Virus record (IMG/VR): IMGVR_UViG_3300045974_000152
Location: 1 to 43,262 of that record
Strand: one strand, 5' to 3'
Source: a virus
Length of the DNA: 43,262 nt
Shown: piece by piece, positions 16,507 through 25,448 of the stretch
Position numbering within the stretch: the first letter of the stretch is position 1
Layout of the letters: each line of letters opens with the position of its first letter
Translations under genes and position numbers: made by a program
The notes under the pieces: generated by a model
The model's input: the letters and a program-made list of their open reading frames with translations, nothing else
Told to the model about the DNA's origin: nothing
Databases searched by the model: none

Positions 16507-16514
16507 GGAAAGTC

Positions 16515-16805
16515 ATGGCTATCAAAAAAGTTAAATTAGTAATGGGCGATCAAGTTCAAATTGAACATCATACGATAGCCGCTATTCCAACTATCGTAAA
16601 TACACCAGAAACCCAGGTTTTAACGCTGACCGTTTACGAGTACTTAAATGCGCAAAGTAAGTCAGATGGAAAAACCCCAATCTCGCTTTCTACTTATACT
16701 ATAGAGATTAGCCGAAGCGAAATTACTGGACTTGAGAACATTTTAGCATTATTATACACTAAGCTATCCGCCTTATCTGATTTTGATGGGTGTGAACCAG
16801 CTTAA
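16515..16805 (+). CDS. Hypothetical virion-module protein (96 aa)
   Basis: SD AAGGAAAG upstream of the start. Confidence 0.6.
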   Translation: MAIKKVKLVMGDQVQIEHHTIAAIPTIVNTPETQVLTLTVYEYLNAQSKSDGKTPISLSTYTIEISRSEITGLENILALLYTKLSALSDFDGCEPA

Positions 16806-16828
16806 CCGTTTAATAGGAGTATAGTAAA

Positions 16829-16957
16829 ATGACTAAAGAACAAGCGATTCAGATCTTAGAACAAGCAACCGGAGAGCTTAAACTTTCCCGTAAGGACCAC
16901 CTCCTTGTACAAGAGGCCCTTCAGACGCTAGCTAAAAAAGAAGATGCAAAAGAGTAA
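16829..16957 (+). CDS. Small helical protein (42 aa, below cutoff) MTKEQAIQILEQATGELKLSRKDHLLVQEALQTLAKKEDAKE
   Basis: AGGAG upstream. Hand translated. Overlaps the next ORF by 14 nt. Confidence 0.45.
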   Translation: MTKEQAIQILEQATGELKLSRKDHLLVQEALQTLAKKEDAKE

Positions 16958-17222
16958 AGTAGTAATATTCGACCATGAAGGGGGGTGGGTACTCATTAAT
17001 CCGGAGAAATCCGAGTATGAGACCCTCCCTCACGTGGTTAATCCCGACCTAAGTTTAGTTAAGAATCTACCACCCGAAAGTTGGGCTTTAGTGGCGGGTA
17101 AGGTAGTACCCCGTACTGATGAGACGCCCGTTCCACGTAAACCAATACAGTGGACTAAGATTTTACCATGGGCTATTGCCACCTTCTCTGTTATTGCCGA
17201 AGTATTACACAGACTTATGTAA
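16944..17222 (+). CDS. Protein with C-terminal transmembrane helix (92 aa)
   Basis: Hydrophobic tail ILPWAIATFSVIAEVL. The stop codon lies inside motif copy 3. Confidence 0.5.
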   Translation: MQKSKVVIFDHEGGWVLINPEKSEYETLPHVVNPDLSLVKNLPPESWALVAGKVVPRTDETPVPRKPIQWTKILPWAIATFSVIAEVLHRLM

Positions 17223-17247
17223 TATAGTGGTACAATTTAACAGTATA
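17221..17247 (+). promoter_or_regulatory. 27-bp conserved motif (copy 3)
   Basis: Identical to 7042-7068. Ends 7 nt before the ATG at 17255. Confidence 0.6.
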
Positions 17248-17254
17248 AGGTAGT

Positions 17255-17446
17255 ATGCCCAATCATTTAGAATCTAAAACTATGGCCGGACTTGCTCTTC
17301 TTATCGGGGTAGCGGTTCTATGTGCCATCCTAGGTAAGTTAACCCCTGAAATGGTTGACGTTTTAAAATGGATCGGCGGTAGCTTTATGGCGATGCGCGC
17401 CGCAGCTAACGTAGCTGAGAACCTACCGGGTAATAAGAATGGCTAA
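17255..17446 (+). CDS. Small membrane protein, holin-like (63 aa)
   Basis: TM segment AGLALLIGVAVLCAILG followed by an amphipathic segment and a charged tail. Confidence 0.5.
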   Translation: MPNHLESKTMAGLALLIGVAVLCAILGKLTPEMVDVLKWIGGSFMAMRAAANVAENLPGNKNG

Positions 17447-17969
17447 CACAATGGCTAAAGCCGTTGGGAAGCTTTGCAAGGGTCATGTTTTAGACGTTAA
17501 CCCTAAGTCCTTTCAGAAAGCCCTGCAAGCCTACGATAAACAGTTGTACATCGTATGGAACCCCAAGAAGCTAAAGGGAAATGGGTGCTGGGAGATTCGC
17601 CGTAAGCCTGAGTTTAACTCGGCTCTAGACATTGTTGAATTAGACGGCGTGAATATAGTTAAAGTCGGTCCGTACGAAAACAACCTCGTACATTGCATTA
17701 TGGACTGCGCTTTCTTGAACTACGATCAGATTCGTAAGCTTAAGGAAATGGATACCTGGCAATACGGTAATGCTACCCAGTATCAGGATCTTGTTGAACG
17801 CAAGAGTCGTGATCGCCAGGAAGCTGATAAAGAAGCCGGAATGCGTAGACGCCGGGACGCAGCTAAGACTTTCAAAGCGCAGATTCGTGCGCTGAAACAA
17901 TTTATTCTCGATGGCGGCAACCCGCACGAAATCGGGAGATTCTGGGACTCAGTTCAAGCCTTGGAATAA
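17439..17969 (+). CDS. Hypothetical protein (176 aa)
   Basis: Track ORF in operon context. Basic C-terminal helix. Confidence 0.65.
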   Translation: MANTMAKAVGKLCKGHVLDVNPKSFQKALQAYDKQLYIVWNPKKLKGNGCWEIRRKPEFNSALDIVELDGVNIVKVGPYENNLVHCIMDCAFLNYDQIRKLKEMDTWQYGNATQYQDLVERKSRDRQEADKEAGMRRRRDAAKTFKAQIRALKQFILDGGNPHEIGRFWDSVQALE

Positions 17970-18014
17970 TAACAAGCGGGTCAGTCGCCCTATCCGGGCT
18001 TTAAAAGGATCGTC

Positions 18015-18497
18015 ATGGCTACTACAATTAATGCTACTCAGGAAACAATTACACTTAAGCTTCGCGGTAACTATTTCACGTGGAAACCGGCTCAGAAGAA
18101 AGTTATCCGGGATGAGGAACTTGCTCACTTTATCAAGACCGAGCGTAGCGACTCAGGTATCGCGGTTATCGCTGATTTAGTTGGTGAAAACGAAGATGTT
18201 ACCCCAGAAGAGTTAGAAGAGCGTAAAGTTGCTAACTCGGGTACCGAAGCTGCTGAGTGCGAAGCGGCTCTTGAACGGTACGTACATAAACATCGCGGTA
18301 TCGTAGCAAATAATCAGATCTCGTTACGACGCGATCTCGAGCAGAAAAACATTAAGGCTGACCCAGCCGTGTTCGCTTCTACCGGTGAGCTTGAGTCGAT
18401 GAAACTCGTCGCCAAGTACCAGAAGAGGTCTGAAGATGCGGAAGCAGCTAAGATCGCAGAAGTCAAGAAGCTCATGGAACAGGTTAACAAAGGATAA
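18015..18497 (+). CDS. Hypothetical acidic protein (160 aa)
   Basis: SD AAGGA. Confidence 0.65.
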   Translation: MATTINATQETITLKLRGNYFTWKPAQKKVIRDEELAHFIKTERSDSGIAVIADLVGENEDVTPEELEERKVANSGTEAAECEAALERYVHKHRGIVANNQISLRRDLEQKNIKADPAVFASTGELESMKLVAKYQKRSEDAEAAKIAEVKKLMEQVNKG

Positions 18498-18499
18498 TA

Positions 18500-19195
18500 A
18501 TGGCAATCCCTTTAGCGTCATCCACATTAGGAAGTTATATTACGTCGGTTCGCGATATGTTGAACCAGCCTAATGCTTCTAACTCATTCTGGAGTGATGC
18601 GGAGATTACCCGTTATCTTAACGAAGCAATTCGCATCTACTATCTAGAAATTACAAATAACGACGAAGGGTTCTGGACTAAAATCGCAGATCTTGACGTC
18701 GTGTCTAACGTAGAGACGGTTGCTCTACCTACTGACTGCTTCGAGATTAAAGCTGTCTACAAAGCTATTCCAAACGGATACGTTGTCCTCCCCTACCGCA
18801 ATATGGAGTCGGAATCTTACACGACCCAGGGCGGTTCGGGGGGATCAACTTACTTCCCTTCGTACTATTTCCGTGAAAACTCGATCGTACTTCGTCCGGT
18901 CCCTAACTTCTCGGAAACCGCGTCTCTTCGTATTGAGTACATTTACTTCCCGGACATGCTATCCGCTCCCGGCGATACGATGAGTTCGAACGTCCTCCCG
19001 ATCTTCAAGCAAATGGTCGAGATGTACGCAGTTTACAAAGCGAAGCTGAAAGAGTCCCTTACTAACGGTACGGACACTTCCGCTCTCGCTAAAGCCAACT
19101 TTGACGAGCTTTACCGCCTATTCATTGACACGGCTCGCAACCGCAGCAAATACCCACAGTTCGTTAAAGCGTTTAACCCAGAAAATACTTGGTAA
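18500..19195 (+). CDS. Head-tail adaptor-like protein (T7 gp11-type position)
   Basis: 231 aa. FWSDAEITRYLNEA-type connector/adaptor motif. Lies just upstream of the nozzle-like gene. Confidence 0.45.
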   Translation: MAIPLASSTLGSYITSVRDMLNQPNASNSFWSDAEITRYLNEAIRIYYLEITNNDEGFWTKIADLDVVSNVETVALPTDCFEIKAVYKAIPNGYVVLPYRNMESESYTTQGGSGGSTYFPSYYFRENSIVLRPVPNFSETASLRIEYIYFPDMLSAPGDTMSSNVLPIFKQMVEMYAVYKAKLKESLTNGTDTSALAKANFDELYRLFIDTARNRSKYPQFVKAFNPENTW

Positions 19196-19204
19196 GGAAA
19201 TAAA

Positions 19205-19540
19205 ATGAGATTAGAACCTTGTGATTCAGTAGTACAAGCAACCACCGCGACACAGATTATCGTAGGTCGTCCGTGTATCCTTCAAGGATGCCTTCTGACC
19301 CCGGCAGCAGCAAGCTGCACGGTCGCTCTCTATGACCCAGCCCCGACTGCATTTAGCCCAATCACTCAGGGCATCGCAACCACGGTCGGAGCCACCCTTC
19401 GCGTAGTTCTTCAGGCCGCAGCAGCAGGAGGAACGGTTACTTCTGACATCTCCGCTCACGGGATCGCATTCAATAACGGGATCATCGCTGTCGTAACCGG
19501 CGCAGGTGCTCAAGCTACGATTGTAACGGCAACTATTTAA
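19205..19540 (+). CDS. Ala/Thr-rich small beta protein (111 aa)
   Basis: SD AAGGAAA. Coupled to the next gene. Confidence 0.55.
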   Translation: MRLEPCDSVVQATTATQIIVGRPCILQGCLLTPAAASCTVALYDPAPTAFSPITQGIATTVGATLRVVLQAAAAGGTVTSDISAHGIAFNNGIIAVVTGAGAQATIVTATI

Positions 19541-21591
19541 TGTCACAAAGCGGACCAAACGGCCAGTTTCTCGAAACACAGTATTTCGATAGCACTGGTG
19601 GTTTAAACATCTCTGACTCTCCTTTCCGGGTAAAAGATACCCAGGCTACGGATGGTAATAACTTCGAGTACACCCAGACCGGCGGTATTCAGAAGCGTCG
19701 TGGTACGGCTGAGATTAACACGGTCGCCGACACGCAGCTTACGTCTCGTGGCATCGATGTGTTCAATACCACGCTTGGTGTTAAGACGGTTATCCGTTGC
19801 GCTGGTACCAAGGTCCAGAATCTCGACATTGACACCCCACTCTTCACAAACCTCTCCCAAGACACGACCGCAGCTACGACCGACGTGTTCACGTCCACAA
19901 ACGTGACCAATACCGTGTTTGCTCCGTTCAACACTTCCGCTATCTCGCTTCTTAACTTTGCCGGGGCAACGGACGGTGTCTACGCGGTGTACTCAAACGC
20001 TAAGTACACTAGGAACGGTTCGACCGCCCCTGCCGGAAACTACACCGCTACGACTATCGCAGGCGGCGGGGTATGGCAGACCACGGGAACATACCGTTAC
20101 GCGGTATCTTACCTCAAGGCCGCTACTAGCGCCGAAAGTAATGTGTTCGGCGGCTCTGTAACCCTTTCTGTGGGTGTAACGACTGACGTTAATGCCACGG
20201 TCGCTGCAGTTACGAACTCTGTTGTTCTGACGTTCTCTTCCCTTACTTCAATCGACACCACGACCTACAACCAGATGAACATCTACCGTTCGTCGGTTAA
20301 TGGGTCTGACGATTTTACGGTAGGCTCGCTTATAGCCACCCTCACCCTACCAGTTACGTCCTACACGGACACCGGGACTTCGATTCTCGACAATGAGAAC
20401 ATTCCACGCGCTAACAATGTGCTCTTAGATAACTCGACCCTCCCTACTGGGACATACAACGTACTCTGTACCTGGAAACGTCGCCTAGTGACGGCTACAG
20501 GCACCACGCTTCGTTTTAGCGAGCTTAACGCCCCTGAGTCATGGCCTACGGTCAATACGATCGACATTCCTTCTGGTGGGCCTATTACGGGCGTTTCCGT
20601 CATATCGTTTAACACTGACTTCGGTAACGACGAGTATCTCGCCGTGTTCAAAGAGCGTGAACTCTGGCTTGTACGCGGTAATGATTATACTGACTTTACA
20701 CTGTCATTTATCGACACTGTGGGTTGCGCTAACCAATCCCTAATTGCGTTATCGAATGGTTTCCTGTCGTGGATTGACTATCGCGGGATTTACCTTTGGA
20801 ACGGTAGTGGAAAGCCTATCTACACGTCCCGACCTATCGAGCCTTACTTCGCTATTGATGGTGACCTGGACAAAACTCAGCTTATCTACGGAACCAGCCA
20901 GTATTTCCGTAACCGAAACATCGTTTGTTGGTATGTGTCGTCTAAAACGCACGGTATTCAGAAGTTTGTAATCAAGATGGACTTGAGGTTAACTCTTCCA
21001 TCTATTACCGAGTCCTTAACCTCACGGGTTATGGACGGTGTATTTGTAACTGACACCTCAGCGCAACAAATCTACTCCGCTAAAGCTTATCTCCCGTCGA
21101 CGTCACAAGACGAAATTATGATTGTTGGTGATAATGCCGGTAAAGTTTACAAGGCGTATCAGCAGTTTTCTGATGCGGGTACCGGGATTGACTTTCAATA
21201 CACAACTCCGTTCTACTCCCTATCTACCCCCAATAAGTCAAAACGGTTTACTAAAGTCGTTGCTTGGGTTGACGCCACTGGTTCATGGGACCTTACCCTT
21301 GATTACTGGGCGGGTTTTCGAGCTTCATTATCTCAAAAGTCTACCCTCCAAGCTCCGATCACGACCGCAGCCACTAACGCGTCCGCACTGTGGGACGTAG
21401 CGTTCTGGGATCTAGCTTCTTGGGACGACTACACTCAATCCCTTGTGGGTGTGGTATTCAATCTTAATAACGACCAAGGTAACTCGGAAGGTGACTGCAT
21501 TCGCCTCAACTTCCGTAACAGCGGTGTGGATCAGCCTGTTACCATTTACGGATATTCAATTTTTAGCACTGAAGGCGGGATGAATAGATAA
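19540..21591 (+). CDS. Tail tubular B / nozzle-like protein
   Basis: 683 aa. The N-terminal pattern GGLNISDSPFRVKDTQATDGNNFEYTQTGGIQKRRG resembles, as I recall it, the N-terminus of T7 gp12 (GGISQQP..LR...Q....N......GLQKRP). Confidence 0.5.
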   Translation: MSQSGPNGQFLETQYFDSTGGLNISDSPFRVKDTQATDGNNFEYTQTGGIQKRRGTAEINTVADTQLTSRGIDVFNTTLGVKTVIRCAGTKVQNLDIDTPLFTNLSQDTTAATTDVFTSTNVTNTVFAPFNTSAISLLNFAGATDGVYAVYSNAKYTRNGSTAPAGNYTATTIAGGGVWQTTGTYRYAVSYLKAATSAESNVFGGSVTLSVGVTTDVNATVAAVTNSVVLTFSSLTSIDTTTYNQMNIYRSSVNGSDDFTVGSLIATLTLPVTSYTDTGTSILDNENIPRANNVLLDNSTLPTGTYNVLCTWKRRLVTATGTTLRFSELNAPESWPTVNTIDIPSGGPITGVSVISFNTDFGNDEYLAVFKERELWLVRGNDYTDFTLSFIDTVGCANQSLIALSNGFLSWIDYRGIYLWNGSGKPIYTSRPIEPYFAIDGDLDKTQLIYGTSQYFRNRNIVCWYVSSKTHGIQKFVIKMDLRLTLPSITESLTSRVMDGVFVTDTSAQQIYSAKAYLPSTSQDEIMIVGDNAGKVYKAYQQFSDAGTGIDFQYTTPFYSLSTPNKSKRFTKVVAWVDATGSWDLTLDYWAGFRASLSQKSTLQAPITTAATNASALWDVAFWDLASWDDYTQSLVGVVFNLNNDQGNSEGDCIRLNFRNSGVDQPVTIYGYSIFSTEGGMNR

Positions 21592-21899
21592 TGGCAACTT
21601 GCGCAGTTAGTGGAAACATCGTAGACCCATCAGGCACCGCAATCTCGAGCGTGACTGTTTACGCTCGCGTCTCTCAGCCCGTTCTATCTGGGTCCACCCT
21701 CGTTACGCCTTTACAGCTCTCGGTTCAGACCGATACAAATGGTAACTTCGTAATGACGATCCAGCAAAGTATTTCGGTTATCTTCACGCTCCTGTATCCT
21801 TCGATCGGTACGGACCCAAAGCGTATCTTTAATTATACGGCGAATATCCCTGCTACTAGCACGGCGTCGTTTAGCAATGTTATCGTAACGGAGGTTTAA
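21591..21899 (+). CDS. Small beta-sandwich protein (carboxypeptidase-regulatory-like pattern)
   Basis: 102 aa. SGNIVDPSGTAISSVTVYA...TDTNGNFVM pattern. Confidence 0.45.
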   Translation: MATCAVSGNIVDPSGTAISSVTVYARVSQPVLSGSTLVTPLQLSVQTDTNGNFVMTIQQSISVIFTLLYPSIGTDPKRIFNYTANIPATSTASFSNVIVTEV

Positions 21900-22282
21900 T
21901 GCCAGTCCTAACGTATCCGACCTCGGATTTTCAACCTTTCACTAAAATTTTAAGTTCGGAAGTGAATGGTAAATTCAATTCCATAAAGACCCTCCTCAAC
22001 ACAACCGGATTAAACTCGGTAAACATTCAGGTCGGTGGGCTTAACTACAACAACCTAACCACTACTACGTCTCTTCAGATCGTAGGAACTAACGCATCCG
22101 GTCTAATGACCACGCAACCTTTAGTTTTGTCTTCTCAGGGGGGAACCGGGTTTGCGTTCACCTCAACAACACTTAACGCCGCACTCGTTGTGCAGGCTAA
22201 CTCAACTGGGTCAGCATTGACCCTAGATGTGGTTCCGACGTCCGGAACGCTTAAAATGTATCAATGGAATCACTTTTTTTAA
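21899..22282 (+). CDS. Short tail-fibre-like protein (127 aa)
   Basis: N-terminal FTKILSSEVNGKFNSIKTLLN, typical of a fibre N-terminus. Ser/Thr-rich. Confidence 0.45.
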   Translation: MPVLTYPTSDFQPFTKILSSEVNGKFNSIKTLLNTTGLNSVNIQVGGLNYNNLTTTTSLQIVGTNASGLMTTQPLVLSSQGGTGFAFTSTTLNAALVVQANSTGSALTLDVVPTSGTLKMYQWNHFF

Positions 22283-22291
22283 GGGGAAAAT

Positions 22292-22699
22292 ATGGCATCA
22301 ACACCTAGTTTTGTAGGCACACCTAAATTCGCAAGCATCGTCTTGAACAACTCAAATGGCGGAGATTCCGCGTATATCAACCCGACTACGGTTGTTGCGG
22401 TTCTTACGATCGGAGCTACTGGTGGTCGTATCGACACTGTGTATCTTCGACCTACCGGAACTAATGCTTCTTGCGTAGTCCGTTTCTGGGTCGATACTGT
22501 AGGGTCTGGTGGGGCTAACAACCGCCTTATTCAGGAAATCCCATTAGCGGCTTCTACTTCAAGCGGCGTATCTACTCTCGTGGGTAGCACTTGGCCAGCT
22601 AAATTGATTCTTCCGGCGAGCTCGGTTTTACGAGCAACTGTCGCAAACACCGCCGTAACTAATGGCGTCGCTATTTCTGTAGAGTACGGGGAGTTCTAA
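22292..22699 (+). CDS. Virion-module beta protein (135 aa)
   Basis: SD AAGGGGA. Confidence 0.55.
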   Translation: MASTPSFVGTPKFASIVLNNSNGGDSAYINPTTVVAVLTIGATGGRIDTVYLRPTGTNASCVVRFWVDTVGSGGANNRLIQEIPLAASTSSGVSTLVGSTWPAKLILPASSVLRATVANTAVTNGVAISVEYGEF

Positions 22700-23280
22700 T
22701 GTCTACTTTAGGGTACGGAATGTATGGTTATAATACCGCGAACCCTAACGGGGAGACGTCTCAACGGTATTTCTGTAGGATGAGTGGTGTTAATAACGGC
22801 GGTTCTATTGCTAACGGCGCAAGTGCGCTAATTCAATTTATCAGCGCAGACTCTGATGAGTATTACATGGCCATTCAAAACGCCAATGGTTCATATGGCG
22901 GGGCTAGGACACCCGTTGCCGGTATTTACAGGGTTTCGTGCGCATCCTCAGCAACTATGTCAGTCGGTGGGGGCCGTTGGAACATTAATATAAACTACGA
23001 TCGAGGACTGACTTTAGACTCTAACGGTGGTGTTACGGCTTCTGGACCTACTGGAGCCACCATTGTTTCCGGTTATTCAAGTAACGGTTCCGCAGGTGTA
23101 GTAGTTTCTGCTCAGGCTTGGACTGATATTTTTCTTGAAAAAGATTGCGTTGTATGGGTTCAAATGGTATCATCTGGTGGTAGTGCCGGAGTTCCAGCCA
23201 CTGGAAAAAACCAAACTTGGTTCTCATTAGAGTTACTATCTACTGAAAACGGTCTTAAAACTTCGGATCAAATCTGGTAA
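22699..23280 (+). CDS. C1q/TNF-like jelly-roll candidate (receptor-binding?)
   Basis: 193 aa. TPVAGIYRVSCASSA and LEKDCVVWVQMV resemble the C1q-domain motifs aPvxGxYxFxF and LxxGDxVwV. Confidence 0.35.
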   Translation: MSTLGYGMYGYNTANPNGETSQRYFCRMSGVNNGGSIANGASALIQFISADSDEYYMAIQNANGSYGGARTPVAGIYRVSCASSATMSVGGGRWNININYDRGLTLDSNGGVTASGPTGATIVSGYSSNGSAGVVVSAQAWTDIFLEKDCVVWVQMVSSGGSAGVPATGKNQTWFSLELLSTENGLKTSDQIW

Positions 23281-23281
23281 T

Positions 23282-23632
23282 ATGGATTACGCCCGCTACT
23301 TACGTGAAACCCTTGGACACGAGATTCATGAAGACCCAGAGGGTCGTGGTTTCCTGACTTACGGCTTTGACTGCATCCCAGGCGTGGACTTCCCACATTG
23401 CTACATTCAGGAGATCTTCGTAGCTCCGGAGCACAGGGAAAAACACATTGCGGCGAACATGGCGGACCACGTGGCGGCACTTGCCAGGGCGTGTGGTAAA
23501 CATGTATTATTTGGTAGTGTGTGCGGTACGGCTAAGAACCCGGACAGATCGTTAAAAGTACTCATGGCGTACGGAATGCAACTTTACAGTATTGGCGATA
23601 ATGTCATTTATATGGCAAAAGGACTTAAATAA
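23282..23632 (+). CDS. GNAT-like acetyltransferase (weak)
   Basis: 116 aa. IQEIFVAPEHREKHIAANMADHVAALA resembles GNAT motif A, but the Q/RxxGxG/A residues are not canonical. Confidence 0.35.
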   Translation: MDYARYLRETLGHEIHEDPEGRGFLTYGFDCIPGVDFPHCYIQEIFVAPEHREKHIAANMADHVAALARACGKHVLFGSVCGTAKNPDRSLKVLMAYGMQLYSIGDNVIYMAKGLK

Positions 23633-24570
23633 TGGGCGGAGCACTTAAATCTATTACGAAACCCCTGGCAATCGCAGCTAATCCGATGATTGGGCTTAAC
23701 GCTCTTGCGGGTAAGAAGGGCGCAGAAGCTCTCGGAATAAAAATGGACGATGAGCAGGGTGATTATCTCACCCCGGAACAGAAAGCTCAACGAGACGCGC
23801 AAGCGTATTACGGCAACTACGACAAGGCCATGGGGGACGCAACTAAAGGCGTTCAAGAAGGTGCCTTGACCAAGGGCCTCTTTGGTGCGGGCGGGCTTCA
23901 AGAGCAGCTCGGCAACGAACAGAAGGACCTATCTTCTCGTGGTTACGAATTAACACAAGGTGACCGCGAAGCTTACGGACAGACGGCAGGTGATGTATCT
24001 CGCATGTTCGGTCAACAGAACCAAGCAGCTACGGCGCAGTTAGCGCGTCGCGGTCTTGGATCAGGAGCTTCGGGCGCGGCAGGCGCGACCTTCTCCGGGC
24101 TGCAGGGTAATAAAAACGAGATGCTTGCTCGAGCACAAACTGACATTGCGCAGAAGCGGATGGCTGACACGAACCAGCGGTTACAGCAGACTCGCGCTCA
24201 GATGCAGTCTCTTACAAACCAAGGTACGGGATTAGCAAATCAGGGTTGGGCTAACAAGGGTGAATCGCTCGATAAAGCGGCAGGTCGAGAAATTGGACTT
24301 CACAACCAGAACCAACAGACGCTAGAAGCGCAACAAGCCGCGATGAAGCCTGGTTTGTTCAGTACACTTGGTCAGGGTTTACAACGAGGTATCGGTCAGA
24401 TGGCGCAGGCGGCTCCGGGTATGGCTCTCGGTGCGGCTACGGGTGGTGGATCTCTTGTCGCTAGTGGCGGAGCTGGTATGCTTGGTGACGGCGGTGGAAA
24501 CTCAGCAATTGGTGCCCCTAACAAAACAATGAGTGGTCAAAACTCACGTAACTACGGGAACTACGCATAA
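23632..24570 (+). CDS. Gly/Gln/Ala-rich internal virion (ejection) protein candidate
   Basis: 312 aa of low-complexity Gln/Gly sequence. Lies after the tail genes, as internal core genes do in T7-type phages. Confidence 0.45.
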   Translation: MGGALKSITKPLAIAANPMIGLNALAGKKGAEALGIKMDDEQGDYLTPEQKAQRDAQAYYGNYDKAMGDATKGVQEGALTKGLFGAGGLQEQLGNEQKDLSSRGYELTQGDREAYGQTAGDVSRMFGQQNQAATAQLARRGLGSGASGAAGATFSGLQGNKNEMLARAQTDIAQKRMADTNQRLQQTRAQMQSLTNQGTGLANQGWANKGESLDKAAGREIGLHNQNQQTLEAQQAAMKPGLFSTLGQGLQRGIGQMAQAAPGMALGAATGGGSLVASGGAGMLGDGGGNSAIGAPNKTMSGQNSRNYGNYA

Positions 24571-25448
24571 TGGGATTATTTCAACGTCAGTTAGATAAAG
24601 CGTTTGAACAGGGTGGATCTGCTACCGACGCGTATGAGAACGCAAAAAAACGCAGACAGACTACAGAAGAGGGTCAAGCGTCTAGAGATGCGGCACTTTC
24701 TCAACTTATCACGGGTCATCAATTGGCCGATGAAGCTAAGAACTCGATGTATGATAAGCAATTACAGACCGCTAAAGATCTGCGTTCTCAATACGGATCA
24801 GAAGCGAATATAGATGCGGGCGACGTTAGGATCGGTGGAATTGACCCACTAACACACCTCTTAAAAGCACGTGAGTTACAGAAACCACAACTTACACCAG
24901 GACAGACTGAGGCGGAGAGAACTGCTGCTAAAAAATTAGCGGATTACGAAGCAGCGGGTGGTAGATCTTCGGCGGAGCAGAATTTAAAACAGATTGGTGA
25001 AGTTAAGAGTGATTTAACTGCCGGGAAACGTGACACGTGGGATCGTAAAGTAGGCGGGGCGTTGTCTAGCTTTCCTTCGCTCATGGGTGCTTTTGCGCCG
25101 TCTGAGAAAACGCGCAGGGATAAGGTTAGGGCTACAGCACTTATGATGGCTAAGCAGTCAGACCCAAACCCAACTGAAAAACAGATTAACGAGATTATGG
25201 GTCAACTCTACGACCCCTCCTCGGACGATCGTTCTAACCTCTCACGTCTTGATGACTATGAGAATAAAGCGCGAGCTCAAAACGCTCAAATGCAACAATC
25301 TGCAGCTAACCTATCTAAAACCGGCTATTCTATGCCTGGTATTGCTGGTAACCCCGCAGCTAAAGGAATTCCACAAGAAGCTCCGCAAACTAAAACGATT
25401 GGTGGAACCACGTACGTTAAGACCCCTGCGGGCTGGGTGGCTCAATAA
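24570..25448 (+). CDS. Internal virion protein candidate (292 aa)
   Basis: Coupled starts. Charged and Gln-rich. Confidence 0.45.
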   Translation: MGLFQRQLDKAFEQGGSATDAYENAKKRRQTTEEGQASRDAALSQLITGHQLADEAKNSMYDKQLQTAKDLRSQYGSEANIDAGDVRIGGIDPLTHLLKARELQKPQLTPGQTEAERTAAKKLADYEAAGGRSSAEQNLKQIGEVKSDLTAGKRDTWDRKVGGALSSFPSLMGAFAPSEKTRRDKVRATALMMAKQSDPNPTEKQINEIMGQLYDPSSDDRSNLSRLDDYENKARAQNAQMQQSAANLSKTGYSMPGIAGNPAAKGIPQEAPQTKTIGGTTYVKTPAGWVAQ

